A stretch of DNA of 59,105 nt, filler included. It is 6 parts of 6 records of this genome, joined end to end, with 100 filler letters (N's around TTAATTAATTAA, not from the genome) between each part and the next. Parts side by side here need not be neighbours in the genome. Positions count along the whole stretch, not along the records: positions 1 to 8,787 come from SRR22947725_959; positions 8,888 to 21,151 come from SRR22947725_961; 4 more parts are not named here. One strand, 5' to 3'. Position numbers and translations under genes: made by a program. Each line of letters begins with the position of its first letter. Positions within the stretch are counted from its first letter, which is position 1. This document shows positions 1 through 11,419 of this stretch, piece by piece. A model generated the notes under the pieces. The model was not told where the DNA came from, searched no databases, and saw only the letters and a list, made by a program, of their open reading frames with translations.

Positions 1-787
1 CTGCTTCTGAACAGGTCGAGCCAATTTTATCACGCAACTCAGCTGTAATAGTTGGTCCTGGTGCTTCTTCAAAAACTTTTTGGTGACGACGTTGTAAAGA
101 GCAATCTCTTTCACCAAGATGAACTGCTCTCCCTTTACCATCTCCAAATACTTGTACTTCAATATGTCTAGGCTTTTGTAGATATTTTTCGATGTATACT
201 TCGTCATTTCCAAACGCAGCTTTTGATTCTGATCTAGCAGAGCCAAATGCTTCGTTTAAATCATTTTTTGTTAGCGCCAGTTTCATTCCACGACCACCGC
301 CACCAGCCGTTGCTTTTACAATCACTGGAAAACCCATTTTGTCTGAAACTTTATGAGCTTCTTCTAATGTTGGAACCCCACCAGGTGAACCAGGAACACA
401 AGGAACACCAAGGTTTATCATAGTTTCTTTTGCAGTGATTTTATCACCCATCATACGAATATGTTCTGCACTTGGTCCGATAAAAGTAATGCCATGGTCT
501 TCTAATACTTGAACAAAAGAAGCATTCTCAGATAAGAAACCATATCCAGGGTGAACCGCTTCAGCTCCTGTTATTTCGCAAGCTGCTATTATTGCAGCTA
601 CATTTAAATAACTATCAGATCCGGATGGAGGTCCAATACAGACACTTTCATCTGCCATTCTAACATGCATCGCATCACTATCTGCTGTTGAATGAACCGC
701 AACAGTTGCTACATCCAATTCTTTGCAAGCTCTAATAACTCTTAAAGCAATTTCACCACGATTGGCGATCAGAATTTTAGAAAACAT
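1..787 (-). CDS. accC: Acetyl-CoA carboxylase biotin carboxylase subunit (3' end runs off the window)
   Basis: Minus strand from CAT at 785-787 reads MFSKILIANRGEIA...HPGYGFLSEN...KATAGGGGRGMK...ERDCSLQRRHQK; directly downstream of accB. Confidence 0.97.
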   Translation of the reverse strand, partial: MFSKILIANRGEIALRVIRACKELDVATVAVHSTADSDAMHVRMADESVCIGPPSGSDSYLNVAAIIAACEITGAEAVHPGYGFLSENASFVQVLEDHGITFIGPSAEHIRMMGDKITAKETMINLGVPCVPGSPGGVPTLEEAHKVSDKMGFPVIVKATAGGGGRGMKLALTKNDLNEAFGSARSESKAAFGNDEVYIEKYLQKPRHIEVQVFGDGKGRAVHLGERDCSLQRRHQKVFEEAPGPTITAELRDKIGSTCSEA

Positions 788-806
788 TTGTTTGCTCCAC
801 TACTGA

Positions 807-1310
807 TTATTCAATTATGATCAGCGGTGTGCCGAACTCAACTGGTGTGCCGTCTTCTACTAATATACGAGCAACTTTACCTGATTTTGGAGCCGGTATT
901 TGATTCATTGTCTTCATGGCTTCTACTATAAGAATAGTTTGACCTTCAGTAATTTTATCTCCAATAGAAATAAACGGTTCTGAACCAGGTTCAGCTTGAA
1001 GATAAACAGTCCCTACCATTGGTGAAGTAACTGCGCCAGCTAAACTAGCGGGATCTTCTGGTGTGGAATTTTGAATTGGTGTGGTATCTTGGCTGTGAGA
1101 TATAGCTGAGGGTGCTGTTAAGACTTGAGGTTGAGCTATAGCTGATACTGAGCCTTGAATAGGAGCAAATGCTCTTGTTACGCGAACGTCTAATGTACTA
1201 TCTGCACCATATTCTCGTTTTACACGCACTTCTGCTAAATCGTTGGTTTTGAGAACTTCGGCCAATGCCTGTATAAACTTTACGTCTGTGTCCTGATCTT
1301 TTTTTGTCAT
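807..1310 (-). CDS. accB: Biotin carboxyl carrier protein
   Basis: SPMVGT and EAMKTMN biotinylation motif. Confidence 0.97.
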   Translation of the reverse strand: MTKKDQDTDVKFIQALAEVLKTNDLAEVRVKREYGADSTLDVRVTRAFAPIQGSVSAIAQPQVLTAPSAISHSQDTTPIQNSTPEDPASLAGAVTSPMVGTVYLQAEPGSEPFISIGDKITEGQTILIVEAMKTMNQIPAPKSGKVARILVEDGTPVEFGTPLIIIE

Positions 1311-1414
1311 TTTTACCTCAAGAAAGCTTATGGGTTTAGCCCCATTAAATTGTATATAAGCTAATTATATCTAAGATAAAAGTCTGTTAGATGGTTTTAT
1401 TAATATTGATAAAC

Positions 1415-2731
1415 TTATTTACCCATATTTTTTATATCTAATATTAAATCTTCTGCTTTCAACCATTCTATACTACCAGGTAATGATGTTCCTAAGGCTC
1501 TCTTTGCGTGATGCATTGCATCTTTAAATTTACCATAAAGTGCATACCTTTCAGCAGTTAAAAGTGAAGCCCATCCTGTTTCTCCAATTTGAGAATATGC
1601 AGTTGCTAGTTCTCTTAGTAACCTACCATTATTTGGATCTTTGACATAGACATTTTTTAATAAGTTGACAGAAGATTTGTATTCACCAACGCTATTTAAA
1701 GCTCTTGCATACCCTATATTTAGTAAAACTTGATTTGGTTCCAATTCCAATGCTCGCTTGTAGTACTTTAGGGCTTCATTTGCATTTCCATTTTCCAAAA
1801 GAAATTGTGCTTTTAATTCGTTGTAGTATGGATCATTGGGTTTTACGTTTAATAAGCTATCTATTGTTTTTTTTGCAAGTTTAGAATCTGGTAGCCTATG
1901 ATATGCTATCGCTCGAGTGTATAAGCTTAATTCGTCATTTTTTTGATAATTTGATGCACGTAAAGTTCTATTAGGTTTATCTGTAAACCCTATAAATTTT
2001 GCTCGCATCCTATTAAATAAATAATCAAGATTTTTATCTTTGAGTTTAATTTTATAACTTAATGATTCTAGGGATTTATTAATACTAGATATTCTTTGAG
2101 TATTTAATGGGTGTGTTTGTATATATGGATCTTGTCGTTTGGCTGTAAGGAATTCTTGACCTTTAAATATCTCAAGAACTTCTAATGCAGCATTTGGGTT
2201 TATATTTGCATCTGCCATTAATTTAATACCAGTTTGATCTGCACTTGCTTCTTGTGTTCTTGTATTTTTAAGAAAAGCGCGCCTTGAAGCGCTTTGGGTG
2301 CCAGCAGCTAATCCAATTACTAAATTAGTATCACCAGCGGCTAAGCCAGCGGCTGCACTTAATGCCATGCCGATTCCAGCGACCGTTTGTGCACTTTCAA
2401 TATCTGCCATTCTTTTAATATAATGACCACCAATAATGTGAGCAATTTCATGTGCAATAACAGATTGTAATTGTTCAACAGTTTCTAATTTTGTAATTAG
2501 GCCATAATGAATAAAAATGTATTGCCCACTTGTTACAAAAGCATTCATTGAGCTATCATTAACTACAAGGACTTTGAAATTTTCTTTGTTAATTTTTGTG
2601 TTTTCTAATAATGGTGCTGTAATTATTCTTAAAGTTTCTTCAATTTCAGCATCTCTTATTAAATTTTTTCCAAAAACTATTTTTGGAAAAAGTAATAAGG
2701 TTAAAAAAAATATTAATATGATTTTTTTCAT
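1415..2731 (-). CDS. M48 family metallopeptidase with TPR repeats (BepA-like)
   Basis: Signal peptide, NAF motif, HEIAH zinc motif, THP motif, C-terminal TPR-like helices. Confidence 0.9.
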   Translation of the reverse strand: MKKIILIFFLTLLLFPKIVFGKNLIRDAEIEETLRIITAPLLENTKINKENFKVLVVNDSSMNAFVTSGQYIFIHYGLITKLETVEQLQSVIAHEIAHIIGGHYIKRMADIESAQTVAGIGMALSAAAGLAAGDTNLVIGLAAGTQSASRRAFLKNTRTQEASADQTGIKLMADANINPNAALEVLEIFKGQEFLTAKRQDPYIQTHPLNTQRISSINKSLESLSYKIKLKDKNLDYLFNRMRAKFIGFTDKPNRTLRASNYQKNDELSLYTRAIAYHRLPDSKLAKKTIDSLLNVKPNDPYYNELKAQFLLENGNANEALKYYKRALELEPNQVLLNIGYARALNSVGEYKSSVNLLKNVYVKDPNNGRLLRELATAYSQIGETGWASLLTAERYALYGKFKDAMHHAKRALGTSLPGSIEWLKAEDLILDIKNMGK

Positions 2732-2785
2732 GATACCATTAAGATATAATTATACACTTCCAATTACAATTTATGATTTAAATAT

Positions 2786-2820
2786 AAAAATAAAGCCCAC
2801 ATATAGTGGGCTTTATTTTT
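2786..2820 (-). terminator. Rho-independent terminator after rne
   Basis: Perfect 15-bp inverted repeat AAAAATAAAGCCCAC-ATATA-GTGGGCTTTATTTTT immediately after the rne stop. Confidence 0.85.
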
Positions 2821-5433
2821 CTAAGATTTAGACCACCAACCTCGTCGTTTTGGCTTTGATGGCACTTCATCTTCTATGCCTATAGATTTATCTTCTGGAC
2901 TAATTTTTACATCTTCAGGTGCTTCAACGGTAGATTTTTTAGTCTTCGTTAAACTCTTTGTTTTATTTTCCTCTGACCTGGTCCCACTTGAGCTTAATTT
3001 GCTAGCGCTTTTTTTGGCTTTTGGTTGAGATTTTTTTGGTTTTTCCAAATCTTTATTCTTTTTTGCTTCAGCTTCATCCGCTTCTATTTGAGCTTTTGTT
3101 CGTCGTTTCCGTTTTTTTGGTTTTACTTCTTCGCTAATTTCTACAACAGATTGTTTGGCATCAGATGGTTTTTCTGAAATATTTATTTCAATCTCAGTTA
3201 TATCTTTTATTTTTGGTTTTCTTTTTGATTTAACTGCTTTGGGTTTTAATGGCTGTTCTTTAACAGGCTCTAAACTTACAATATTAGATTTATCAGAACT
3301 TGGTGCATCTCCTTGATTAACGTCTTCAGCTTCATTTGATGTATCTGGTGCAATTTCATCTTTACGAGGTTTCCTACGTCTTCTTCGGCGTCGCTTTTTA
3401 GGTTTATCGTCATCATCAAGATTGGTGGATGTTTCAGCATCCTCAGTGCTTTTTGTTACATCTATATTTGCGGCTGCTTCCATTTCTCTTGCTGTAGGCA
3501 TATCAAAAACATCTGCTATAATTCGTGAAGATGTTTTGCGTTTTTCCAATTCATAATCTGTGCCAATCATTGATGCAGATGCTTCAATAATAATTGAAAT
3601 AGCATATTGAGACTCAATTAAGGCAATATTTTCTCTTTTATGATTTAATAAATAGTTTGATATACCCACAGGTACAGTCGCTTGAATTTCTTTAGTTCGT
3701 TTTCTTATTGCTTCTTCTTCAATTTCTCGAAGAATTGATAGTGCTTGGCTATCATCAGAACGTACTAAGCCTGTACCAAGGCAATGTGGACACTCTTTCG
3801 TAGTTGCCTCTAACATTCCTGGCCTTAATCTTTGGCGAGACATTTCCATAAGGCCAAAACCTGAAATCCGACCTACTTGAATGCGAGCTCTGTCAGATTT
3901 CAATTTATCTTTCATACGTTTTTCGACTGCTATATTGTTTCGACGTTCTTCCATGTCTATGAAATCAATTACGATCAACCCAGCTAGATCGCGCAATCTT
4001 AATTGTCTGGCAACTTCATCAGCAGCTTCAAGATTTGTTTTTAGTGCAGTTTTCTCAATCGAGGACTCTTTGGTTGCTTTTCCTGAATTTACGTCTACCG
4101 CAACTAATGCTTCTGTCACACCAATCACAATATACCCTCCAGATTTAAGTTGTACTGTTGGGTTGAACATGCCTCCTAGGTAATTTTCAACCTGATACCG
4201 TGCATATAGAGGCATTTTGTTTTTGTATTGTTTCACGCGTTTAACATGTGATGGCATTAACATAGTCATGTAAGCTTTTGCTGCTTCAAAACCACGTTCA
4301 CCTTCAACAATAATTTCGTCAATATCATTATTATATAAATCACGAATTGAACGTTTTATTATGTCACCTTCTGCATAAATCTGAGTGGGTGCTATACTTT
4401 CTAGTGTGATGTCTCTGATTTGTGTCCATTGGCGCATAAGATATTCATAGTCTCTTAATATATCATCTCGATTACGTTTTGCGCCCGCTGTCCGTACAAT
4501 TAGCCCTGCACCTTTTGGCACGTCTAATTCACTTGTGATTTCTTTTATTTTTTTTCTGTCTTGTACATTGGTAATCTTACGAGATATTCCACCACCTCGA
4601 GCGGTATTTGGCATTAAGACACAATAACGACCAGCTAATGATAAATATGTTGTTAGTGCAGCACCTTTATTTCCACGTTCTTCTTTTACAACTTGAATTA
4701 ATAATATTTGACGAACTTTAATTACTTCCTGGATTTTATATCTTCGTGGGCGAGGCTTTCTAGGTCGAACTTCTTCTTCTACGTCGTCATCTGCTACAGA
4801 CTCTATTCCATTATCTGATTGCGTATTATCCATCTCCAATTCTACACTATCATTAATGTCAGTATCTATGGATTCATCTGATGTGATTTCAGGATCAATA
4901 TTGTCTAAAATATTGTCAGAAGACTTATTATTTTCATCTTCATCAACAGTTTTGTCAGAATCTATATTATCTTTTTTACTATCTGCGTCATCGACTACTT
5001 CATGCGTTTCGCTAGGGTTTTCTATAATATCAGATGATGTGGTTACATCATTATTAGCGTCTTCTGCTATAACTTTTGCTTTTCGTTTTCTAATCCGAGA
5101 TTTTTTTTGTTGAGCTATATTAGCTTCTTCTTCCAACGATTTTGTATAAGCTTCTTCTTCTGCTATTAATGCTTCTCGATCAGCAACTGGAATTTGATAG
5201 TAATCAGGATGAATTTCTGCAAATGATAGAAATCCATGCCTATTTCCGCCGTAATCGACGAAAGCAGCTTGAAGTGAGGGCTCAACACGCGTCACTTTTG
5301 CTAAATAGATATTTCCTGAAAGCTGACGTTTGTTTAAACTTTCAAAGTCGAATTCATCAACTTTATTTCCTTCAACAACCACAACTCTAGTTTCTTCAGC
5401 ATGTGTGGCATCAATAAGCATTTTCTTAGGCAT
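2821..5433 (-). CDS. rne: Ribonuclease E
   Basis: MLIDATHAEETRVVV N-terminus, S1 domain with acidic insert, DVNSG and IDFIDM motifs, CPHC zinc link, disordered C-terminus ending RRGWW. Confidence 0.97.
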   Translation of the reverse strand: MPKKMLIDATHAEETRVVVVEGNKVDEFDFESLNKRQLSGNIYLAKVTRVEPSLQAAFVDYGGNRHGFLSFAEIHPDYYQIPVADREALIAEEEAYTKSLEEEANIAQQKKSRIRKRKAKVIAEDANNDVTTSSDIIENPSETHEVVDDADSKKDNIDSDKTVDEDENNKSSDNILDNIDPEITSDESIDTDINDSVELEMDNTQSDNGIESVADDDVEEEVRPRKPRPRRYKIQEVIKVRQILLIQVVKEERGNKGAALTTYLSLAGRYCVLMPNTARGGGISRKITNVQDRKKIKEITSELDVPKGAGLIVRTAGAKRNRDDILRDYEYLMRQWTQIRDITLESIAPTQIYAEGDIIKRSIRDLYNNDIDEIIVEGERGFEAAKAYMTMLMPSHVKRVKQYKNKMPLYARYQVENYLGGMFNPTVQLKSGGYIVIGVTEALVAVDVNSGKATKESSIEKTALKTNLEAADEVARQLRLRDLAGLIVIDFIDMEERRNNIAVEKRMKDKLKSDRARIQVGRISGFGLMEMSRQRLRPGMLEATTKECPHCLGTGLVRSDDSQALSILREIEEEAIRKRTKEIQATVPVGISNYLLNHKRENIALIESQYAISIIIEASASMIGTDYELEKRKTSSRIIADVFDMPTAREMEAAANIDVTKSTEDAETSTNLDDDDKPKKRRRRRRRKPRKDEIAPDTSNEAEDVNQGDAPSSDKSNIVSLEPVKEQPLKPKAVKSKRKPKIKDITEIEINISEKPSDAKQSVVEISEEVKPKKRKRRTKAQIEADEAEAKKNKDLEKPKKSQPKAKKSASKLSSSGTRSEENKTKSLTKTKKSTVEAPEDVKISPEDKSIGIEDEVPSKPKRRGWWSKS

Positions 5434-6020
5434 GATATTCTTTCGTCATGCAAATGGGGTCTCTCTCTATAGAAGGAAGAGTATTTATTTGCATGAATAG
5501 TTAAGGCGGAAATACACGCATGAATATTTTTGAATGAGGCAATGAGCCACTCAAACTTAATATATTTTGTACACACGCGTTTCATCGCGGTTTTCTCCTG
5601 TGATCTTATTTTGATCACTAATAAGGCTAGTCTTGCACTTTATGCGCAATAAAGCTGTTCTAGTAGCCAGATGGCCTGTTAGAGTTTTAGAGGAGGACTT
5701 TGGTTGGGTACTATCCTCAACCTGTCTCATAAATTTCATCCAACGAATCTTTGTCTGATTTTTTCAAATCATATGTCTCTTTTTTAGTTTGCTAAAAAAC
5801 TAATTACAATGTGTATTTAATATATTGATTATTATTAAAATTTATTTTTTAAATAGCTTAGTTGTCATTGTGTTTTTTACGCAAATTGTAAAATAATATA
5901 AAATCATTCTATTTTTCTCTTAAATCGGTTACTAAAATTTGTTAATATATGTATATGTGATCCGGGTAATACCCATAACAAAAATGTGAATTTTATTATA
6001 AACAATTAGGAAATTACAGC

Positions 6021-8393
6021 TTGTTTCGTTTGGTTTTTTCGTTTTTTGGATCTATTTTTGCATTGTTAACTCTTGGCTGTGCATTATTCGCTATAATTAT
6101 AACAGCTGTTTTTTATGCATATGGCACTGACCTACCTGATTATGATCAGTTATCAAATTATCAACCTGCAACAATAAGCCGTGTTTATTCCAGAGATGGT
6201 GAAGTGATTGATGAATTCGCTCAACAGAGAAGATTGTTTGTTTCGGCTGATGAAATACCAGATATTGTAAAAAATGCATTTATATCAGCCGAAGATAAAA
6301 ATTTTTATACTCATATTGGATACGATCCAGCTGGAATTGCAAAAGCAATTTTTGATGCAGCAAACGGTAAAGAGCTACGAGGTGCATCTACAATTACGCA
6401 ACAGGTAATGAAAAACTTTTTGCTAACAAGGTCTCGATCGATTGATCGTAAAATTAAAGAAATTATTTTGGCAACTCGTATTGAAAAATCAATGTCAAAA
6501 GATAAAATTTTAGAATTATATCTAAATGAGATATTTTTGGGCCAAAATTCATATGGAATTGCTTCAGCAGCAGATACATATTTCAGCAAATCGTTAGATG
6601 ACTTAACTTTAGAAGAAGCTGCTTATTTAGCTTCACTACCAAAAGCTCCAAGTAATTATCATCCTGTTCGCCAAAAAGATCGAGCGATAGCTAGACGGAA
6701 TTTTGTTATTCGGGAAATGGCAGAAAATGGTTATGTTTCAGATACAGAAGCATTAATTGCAAAATCTAAAGAATTGATAACTGTGCAAGGTGGCCAATTG
6801 GCTTCCAAGAGAGCTGCAAGGGCGCCAAGAACGTATTTTACTGATGAAATACGAAGACAATTGTCTTTAAGCTTTGGTGAGAAAGAGTTTTTTACTGGGG
6901 GGCTGGCTGTAAGTGCAACTATGGATCTAAAATTACAATCAGATGCTGCTCAGGCGTTACGTAAGGGTCTGGAAGATTATGATCGAAAATATAGCCCTTG
7001 GCGTGGTCCAATTGATAGAATTAAAGATATTCACCTACAGGAAGATACCTGGCGTGAAGCTTTATCAAAGAAAAAATTACCCAGAGATATAAAAGATTGG
7101 CACTTGGCAATTATCTATAATTTGTCAAAACAAACCGCCAAAATAAAAGTTGAAGGATTCGCAGAAAATCAAAATCAATTTTTATCTTTAAAAGATGAAA
7201 TGAATTGGGCAAAAAACAGAATATACCCTGATGGTAAGCGTACTGTAATTAATTCCGCGAAAGATATGTGGTCAGTGGGGGATGTGGTATTTGTGCAGCC
7301 CATATATGATCCTGATGGAAACTTTATTAATTGGACTTTGAGGCAAATACCCAAAATACAAGGTGGTTTTGTTGCGATGGATACGGAAACTGGAAGAGTA
7401 CTTGCCATGCAAGGTGGTTTTTCTTACCAACATTCTGTTTTTAATAGGGCTACGCAAGCAAAGCGACAACCTGGCTCATCATTTAAGCCTTTTGTTTACG
7501 CTGCGGCACTAGATGTTGGCTATAGTCCTGCATCACTAATAATTGATGCACCAATAGAAATAGATACTCCTCAAGGTTTGTGGAGCCCAAAAAATTCATC
7601 AAATAAGTTTTATGGGCCTGCACCGTTAAGAATCGGAATAGAACAGTCTAGAAATCTAATGACGATAAGATTGGCGCAAGATGTTGGAATGGAAGTTATT
7701 AGTGGTTATGCTGAACGCTTTGGTGTCTATAATAAAATGCAAAAACTTCTAGCAGCATCTCTTGGAGCCCAAGAAACAACTTTATACAAAATGGTATCAT
7801 CATACGCAATGTTTGCAAATGGAGGTGAGCGTGTTGTACCAACAATGGTTGATAGAGTTCAGGATAGGTTTGGCCGAACCATTTATAAACATGATAAACG
7901 TGAGTGTATGAATTGTAACAATGATATTCTTCAAATGGGCAAATCGCCATTCATTAATAGTAATCGTGAACGAGTTTTGGATCCTCTTACGGCTTTCAGA
8001 TTGCAGTCAATGATGCGTGGAGTGGTTGAAAGAGGCACTGCAAAATCTGTAGCAATCAAAGGTGTTGAAATTGCTGGTAAAACTGGAACAACTAATGATG
8101 CAAAAGATGTTTGGTTTGTAGGATTTACTCGAAACATAGTTGCTGGATGTTACATAGGCTTTGATACACCACAGCCATTACGTAAAGGTGCTTCAGGTGG
8201 TGGAATGTGCGGGCCAGTATTTAAAGAGTTCATGGTTGAAGCGATTAAGAAATATGGCTCAGGAAGCTTTAGCCAACCACCAAATACATATTTTGCTAAA
8301 TTTGATAGAAATACTGGGGTATTGTTACCGGATGGTGGTACAGGAGGAAATCCAAATAATATCCCTGGATCAAATGTAACATCTGAATTGTTC
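6021..8393 (+). CDS. mrcA: Penicillin-binding protein 1A (C-terminus replaced at a probable chimeric junction near 8390)
   Basis: Transglycosylase EDKNFYTH and GASTITQQ; transpeptidase SSFK, SRN and KTGTT motifs. Sequence after VTSELF is the antisense of the ABC ATPase. Confidence 0.93.
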
Positions 8394-8787
8394 TGGAATT
8401 TTTACTTTTTCAAGAAAATGCATTGCTGTTTCTTTTGCTTCTTTTTGAGTAGTTTTACGAACCCATACAGGTGCAAGCATACAATTTTCTAAGATAGTTA
8501 AATGAGGAAATAAGTTGAAATGTTGGAAACACATTCCAACTTCTGATCTAATAGTGTCGATATTTTTTAGATCAGATGACAGCTCAGTACCATCAACTGT
8601 TATCAATCCCTCTTGATGTTCCTCAAGCGCATTAATACATCTAATAAGAGTAGATTTACCTGAACCAGATGGCCCAGCTATTACTATTCTTTCTCCTCGA
8701 TTAACTGTTAAATCAATATCTCGGAGTACGTGAAATGAACCATACCATTTATTCATATTAGTGATTTGGATTGCTACCTCGTCACTG
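8388..8787 (-). CDS. Polar amino-acid ABC transporter ATP-binding protein (AapP/BztD-like), truncated at both ends
   Basis: Walker A GPSGSGKST and FQHFNLFPHLT; stops at KVKIPEQ before the LSGGQ signature; 5' end cut by the contig edge. Confidence 0.88.
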
Positions 8788-8887
8788 NNNNNNNNNNNNN
8801 NNNNNNNNNNNNNNNNNNNNNNNNNNNNNNNTTAATTAATTAANNNNNNNNNNNNNNNNNNNNNNNNNNNNNNNNNNNNNNNNNNNN
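8788..8887. other. Artificial contig linker
   Basis: N-run, TTAATTAATTAA (stops in all six frames), N-run. Confidence 0.98.
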
Positions 8888-9010
8888 CAGGCTCCGGGAA
8901 ATTAACCCCTTCCACCGCTGCGTTGAATGCGATTGCAATGATATCGCGTTCTGATGTGGGCCCGCCGCCTATTAGTTGGTTTAAGCATTGCTGATGAATG
9001 AAATATAAAA

Positions 9011-9577
9011 ATGAAAAATATACAGAATCTAAAATCCCTTTGCAGAAAAGCAGCATTTAAGGCGAGAGCAGAAGCTCACGTGGCTGGGCATGATAATAAA
9101 GCTAATGCTCAACTGTATAATTATTTAAAAACACAAGATTCTAATCTTGTCATTGCAGCGTACATGCCAATACGGACTGAAATAAGTCCTCTACCTGCAA
9201 TGACAAAAATTTCAAAGCGTGGTCATAAAATTTGTGTTCCGGTTGTTGTGAAGGATGGCACACCACTTAAATTTTTTGAATGGACACCTGAAACAAAAAT
9301 GATTTCTGGTGCTTTTGGTGCGCTTATTCCTGAAAAAAGTAATCGACTTATACCTGATATAATAATCACACCATTGGCAGCGTTTGATATGAATGGATAT
9401 CGATTAGGATATGGGGGTGGTTTCTATGATCGTTCTTTTGAAGAAATTACAAAATTAAAAGAAATTACTGCTGTTGGTTTTGCGTATAGTTCTCAAGAAG
9501 TCTTGGCGGTGCCAAGTGAGCCAACAGATTATAAGCTAGACCAAATAATAACGGAGCAGGGCATCTTGTCCTTTTGA
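9011..9577 (+). CDS. ygfA: 5-formyltetrahydrofolate cyclo-ligase
   Basis: PDIIITPLAAFD..GYRLGYGGGFYDR motif. Confidence 0.93.
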   Translation: MKNIQNLKSLCRKAAFKARAEAHVAGHDNKANAQLYNYLKTQDSNLVIAAYMPIRTEISPLPAMTKISKRGHKICVPVVVKDGTPLKFFEWTPETKMISGAFGALIPEKSNRLIPDIIITPLAAFDMNGYRLGYGGGFYDRSFEEITKLKEITAVGFAYSSQEVLAVPSEPTDYKLDQIITEQGILSF

Positions 9578-9600
9578 GACAATGCCGTTATCGGGGTTAA

Positions 9601-10416
9601 ATGAGACTTTTATTTCTAGGTGACATCATGGGCCGCTCTGGCCGTAAAGCTATAAGTGAACGATTAAATCGCTTGCGAGAAAAATGGCGTTTAGATTTTG
9701 TAGTTGTAAATGGCGAAAACGCTACTGGTGGGATGGGTTTATCTGCAAGTCATGCAAAAGCTTTGATTGATTCTGGGGTGGATTGTATAACTTTAGGTGA
9801 TCATGCTTTTGATCAAAGGGACATGTTAACATTCTGCGAGCAAGAACCAAGAATTATTCGCCCCTTAAATTTTGCAAAAACTGCACCCGGAAAAGGCTTT
9901 CGTCTCATAAAAGCTCGAAATGGGAAAAAAGTTTTAGTTGCACAGGCTTTAGGACAAGTTTTTATGAAAAAGCCATTTGATGATCCCTTTTCGGCACTAG
10001 ATACAGCATTAAAAAATGCTCCATTGGGTGGAATGGCTGATGCAGTTATTGTGGACTTCCATGCTGAAGCCACTTCTGAGAAAGTTGCGATTGGACATTG
10101 GTTGGATGGTCGCGCTTCATTAGTTGTTGGAACTCATACTCATATCCCAACTGCTGATGCTCAGATCCTTCCAAAAGGTACTGCACATCAATCTGATGCA
10201 GGAATGTGTGGGGATTATAATAGTATTATTGGAATGCAAAAAGATGAGCCATTGCGCCGGTTTATAACGGGAATGAACAAAGAAAGATTTACGCCAGCAG
10301 TAGATGAAGCAACATTGTGTGGCATATTCGTAGAAACTGATAATGCAACTGGCTTAGCAAAAAATGTTGTGCAAATACGTAATGGTGGCAGATTGCAACA
10401 ATCGGAACCAGTATGA
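9601..10416 (+). CDS. YmdB/TIGR00282 family metallophosphoesterase
   Basis: GDIMG, NGEN, DFHAEATSEK and GTHTH motifs. Confidence 0.93.
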   Translation: MRLLFLGDIMGRSGRKAISERLNRLREKWRLDFVVVNGENATGGMGLSASHAKALIDSGVDCITLGDHAFDQRDMLTFCEQEPRIIRPLNFAKTAPGKGFRLIKARNGKKVLVAQALGQVFMKKPFDDPFSALDTALKNAPLGGMADAVIVDFHAEATSEKVAIGHWLDGRASLVVGTHTHIPTADAQILPKGTAHQSDAGMCGDYNSIIGMQKDEPLRRFITGMNKERFTPAVDEATLCGIFVETDNATGLAKNVVQIRNGGRLQQSEPV

Positions 10417-11303
10417 ATAGTAAGACATGGCTATTTTTACCACTTGTTGTGATAGGCGCAACATGGGGTTTAACAATTCCAGCTATTAAAATTGCTGTAT
10501 CAGTTGGCTATCCAGTTTTAGGGGTCTTGTTTTGGCAAGTATTCCTTGCGGCATTTGTAGCTTTAATCCTTTTTTTACCAAAACGACGTGCTTTAAGGTT
10601 AACAAAGAAAAGGTTGATTTTATTTGGTTGGATAATGGCATTTGGAACAATATTACCTGGAATAATAACTTACACGGCCGCTTTTCATCTTCCAGCGGGT
10701 GTCATGGCAATAACAATAGCAATGGTTCCAATTTTTATTATGCCTATTGCAATTTTGATAGGTCACGAGACTTTTCAAAAAACGCGAGCATTAGGTGTTT
10801 TGATGGGTGCTATAGCAATAATTCTTTTAATTGGGCCTGAAGCAAGTTTACCAGACCAATCAAAGGCTGGATTTGTATTATTAGCAATTCTTTCTCCACT
10901 TTGTTATGCGCTTGAAGATAATTTTATAGCATATTTCGGCTTAGATGGAATGACATCGGTTGAAACTTTGTTGGGCTCTGCAGTGTTAGGTTCTATTGTG
11001 CTTGGTATTTTTGTAGCATCGCAAGGGTCATTTATTCCAATTTGGGAAGACGGACTTGAACAAGCAGACTATGCAATTCTAGCAATCGGTTTTACTACTG
11101 GATTTGCTTATGCTGGATTTATTTGGCTTATTGGAAAAGGTGGGCCCGTGTTTGCGGGGCTAGTTGCGTATTTAGTAACTTTTTTTGGAGTTATTTGGTC
11201 GATGATTTTGTTAAAAGAAACTTACTCAAGTTTTATTTGGGCAGCATTTATAATAATGTGTCTAGGAATGTTTTTAGTGCGTCCAAGAGTAGATACTCAT
11301 TAA
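10413..11303 (+). CDS. DMT/EamA family transporter
   Basis: About 10 hydrophobic helices in two EamA-like repeats. Confidence 0.85.
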   Translation: MNSKTWLFLPLVVIGATWGLTIPAIKIAVSVGYPVLGVLFWQVFLAAFVALILFLPKRRALRLTKKRLILFGWIMAFGTILPGIITYTAAFHLPAGVMAITIAMVPIFIMPIAILIGHETFQKTRALGVLMGAIAIILLIGPEASLPDQSKAGFVLLAILSPLCYALEDNFIAYFGLDGMTSVETLLGSAVLGSIVLGIFVASQGSFIPIWEDGLEQADYAILAIGFTTGFAYAGFIWLIGKGGPVFAGLVAYLVTFFGVIWSMILLKETYSSFIWAAFIIMCLGMFLVRPRVDTH

Positions 11304-11419
11304 ATTAGATATCTAAATTTTTTTGATATGTATTTTTAAAATAGATCTGCTTGGTATTGAAAAATATGTACCTTATTTGTATGAAGCAATTGTAATGATT
11401 ATTTTAAAGGATTTATATT

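Noticed and set aside
2880-3480. Lys/Arg/Glu low-complexity tract
   Set aside because: Normal disordered C-terminal scaffold of RNase E
8832-8843. TTAATTAATTAA repeated five times in the window
   Set aside because: Always centred in N-runs: an assembly linker, not a biological repeat or CRISPR
8888-9010. Possible 6S RNA upstream of ygfA
   Set aside because: The position fits, but no recognisable 6S sequence or long stem; reads as the tail of an open frame ending TGA near 8994
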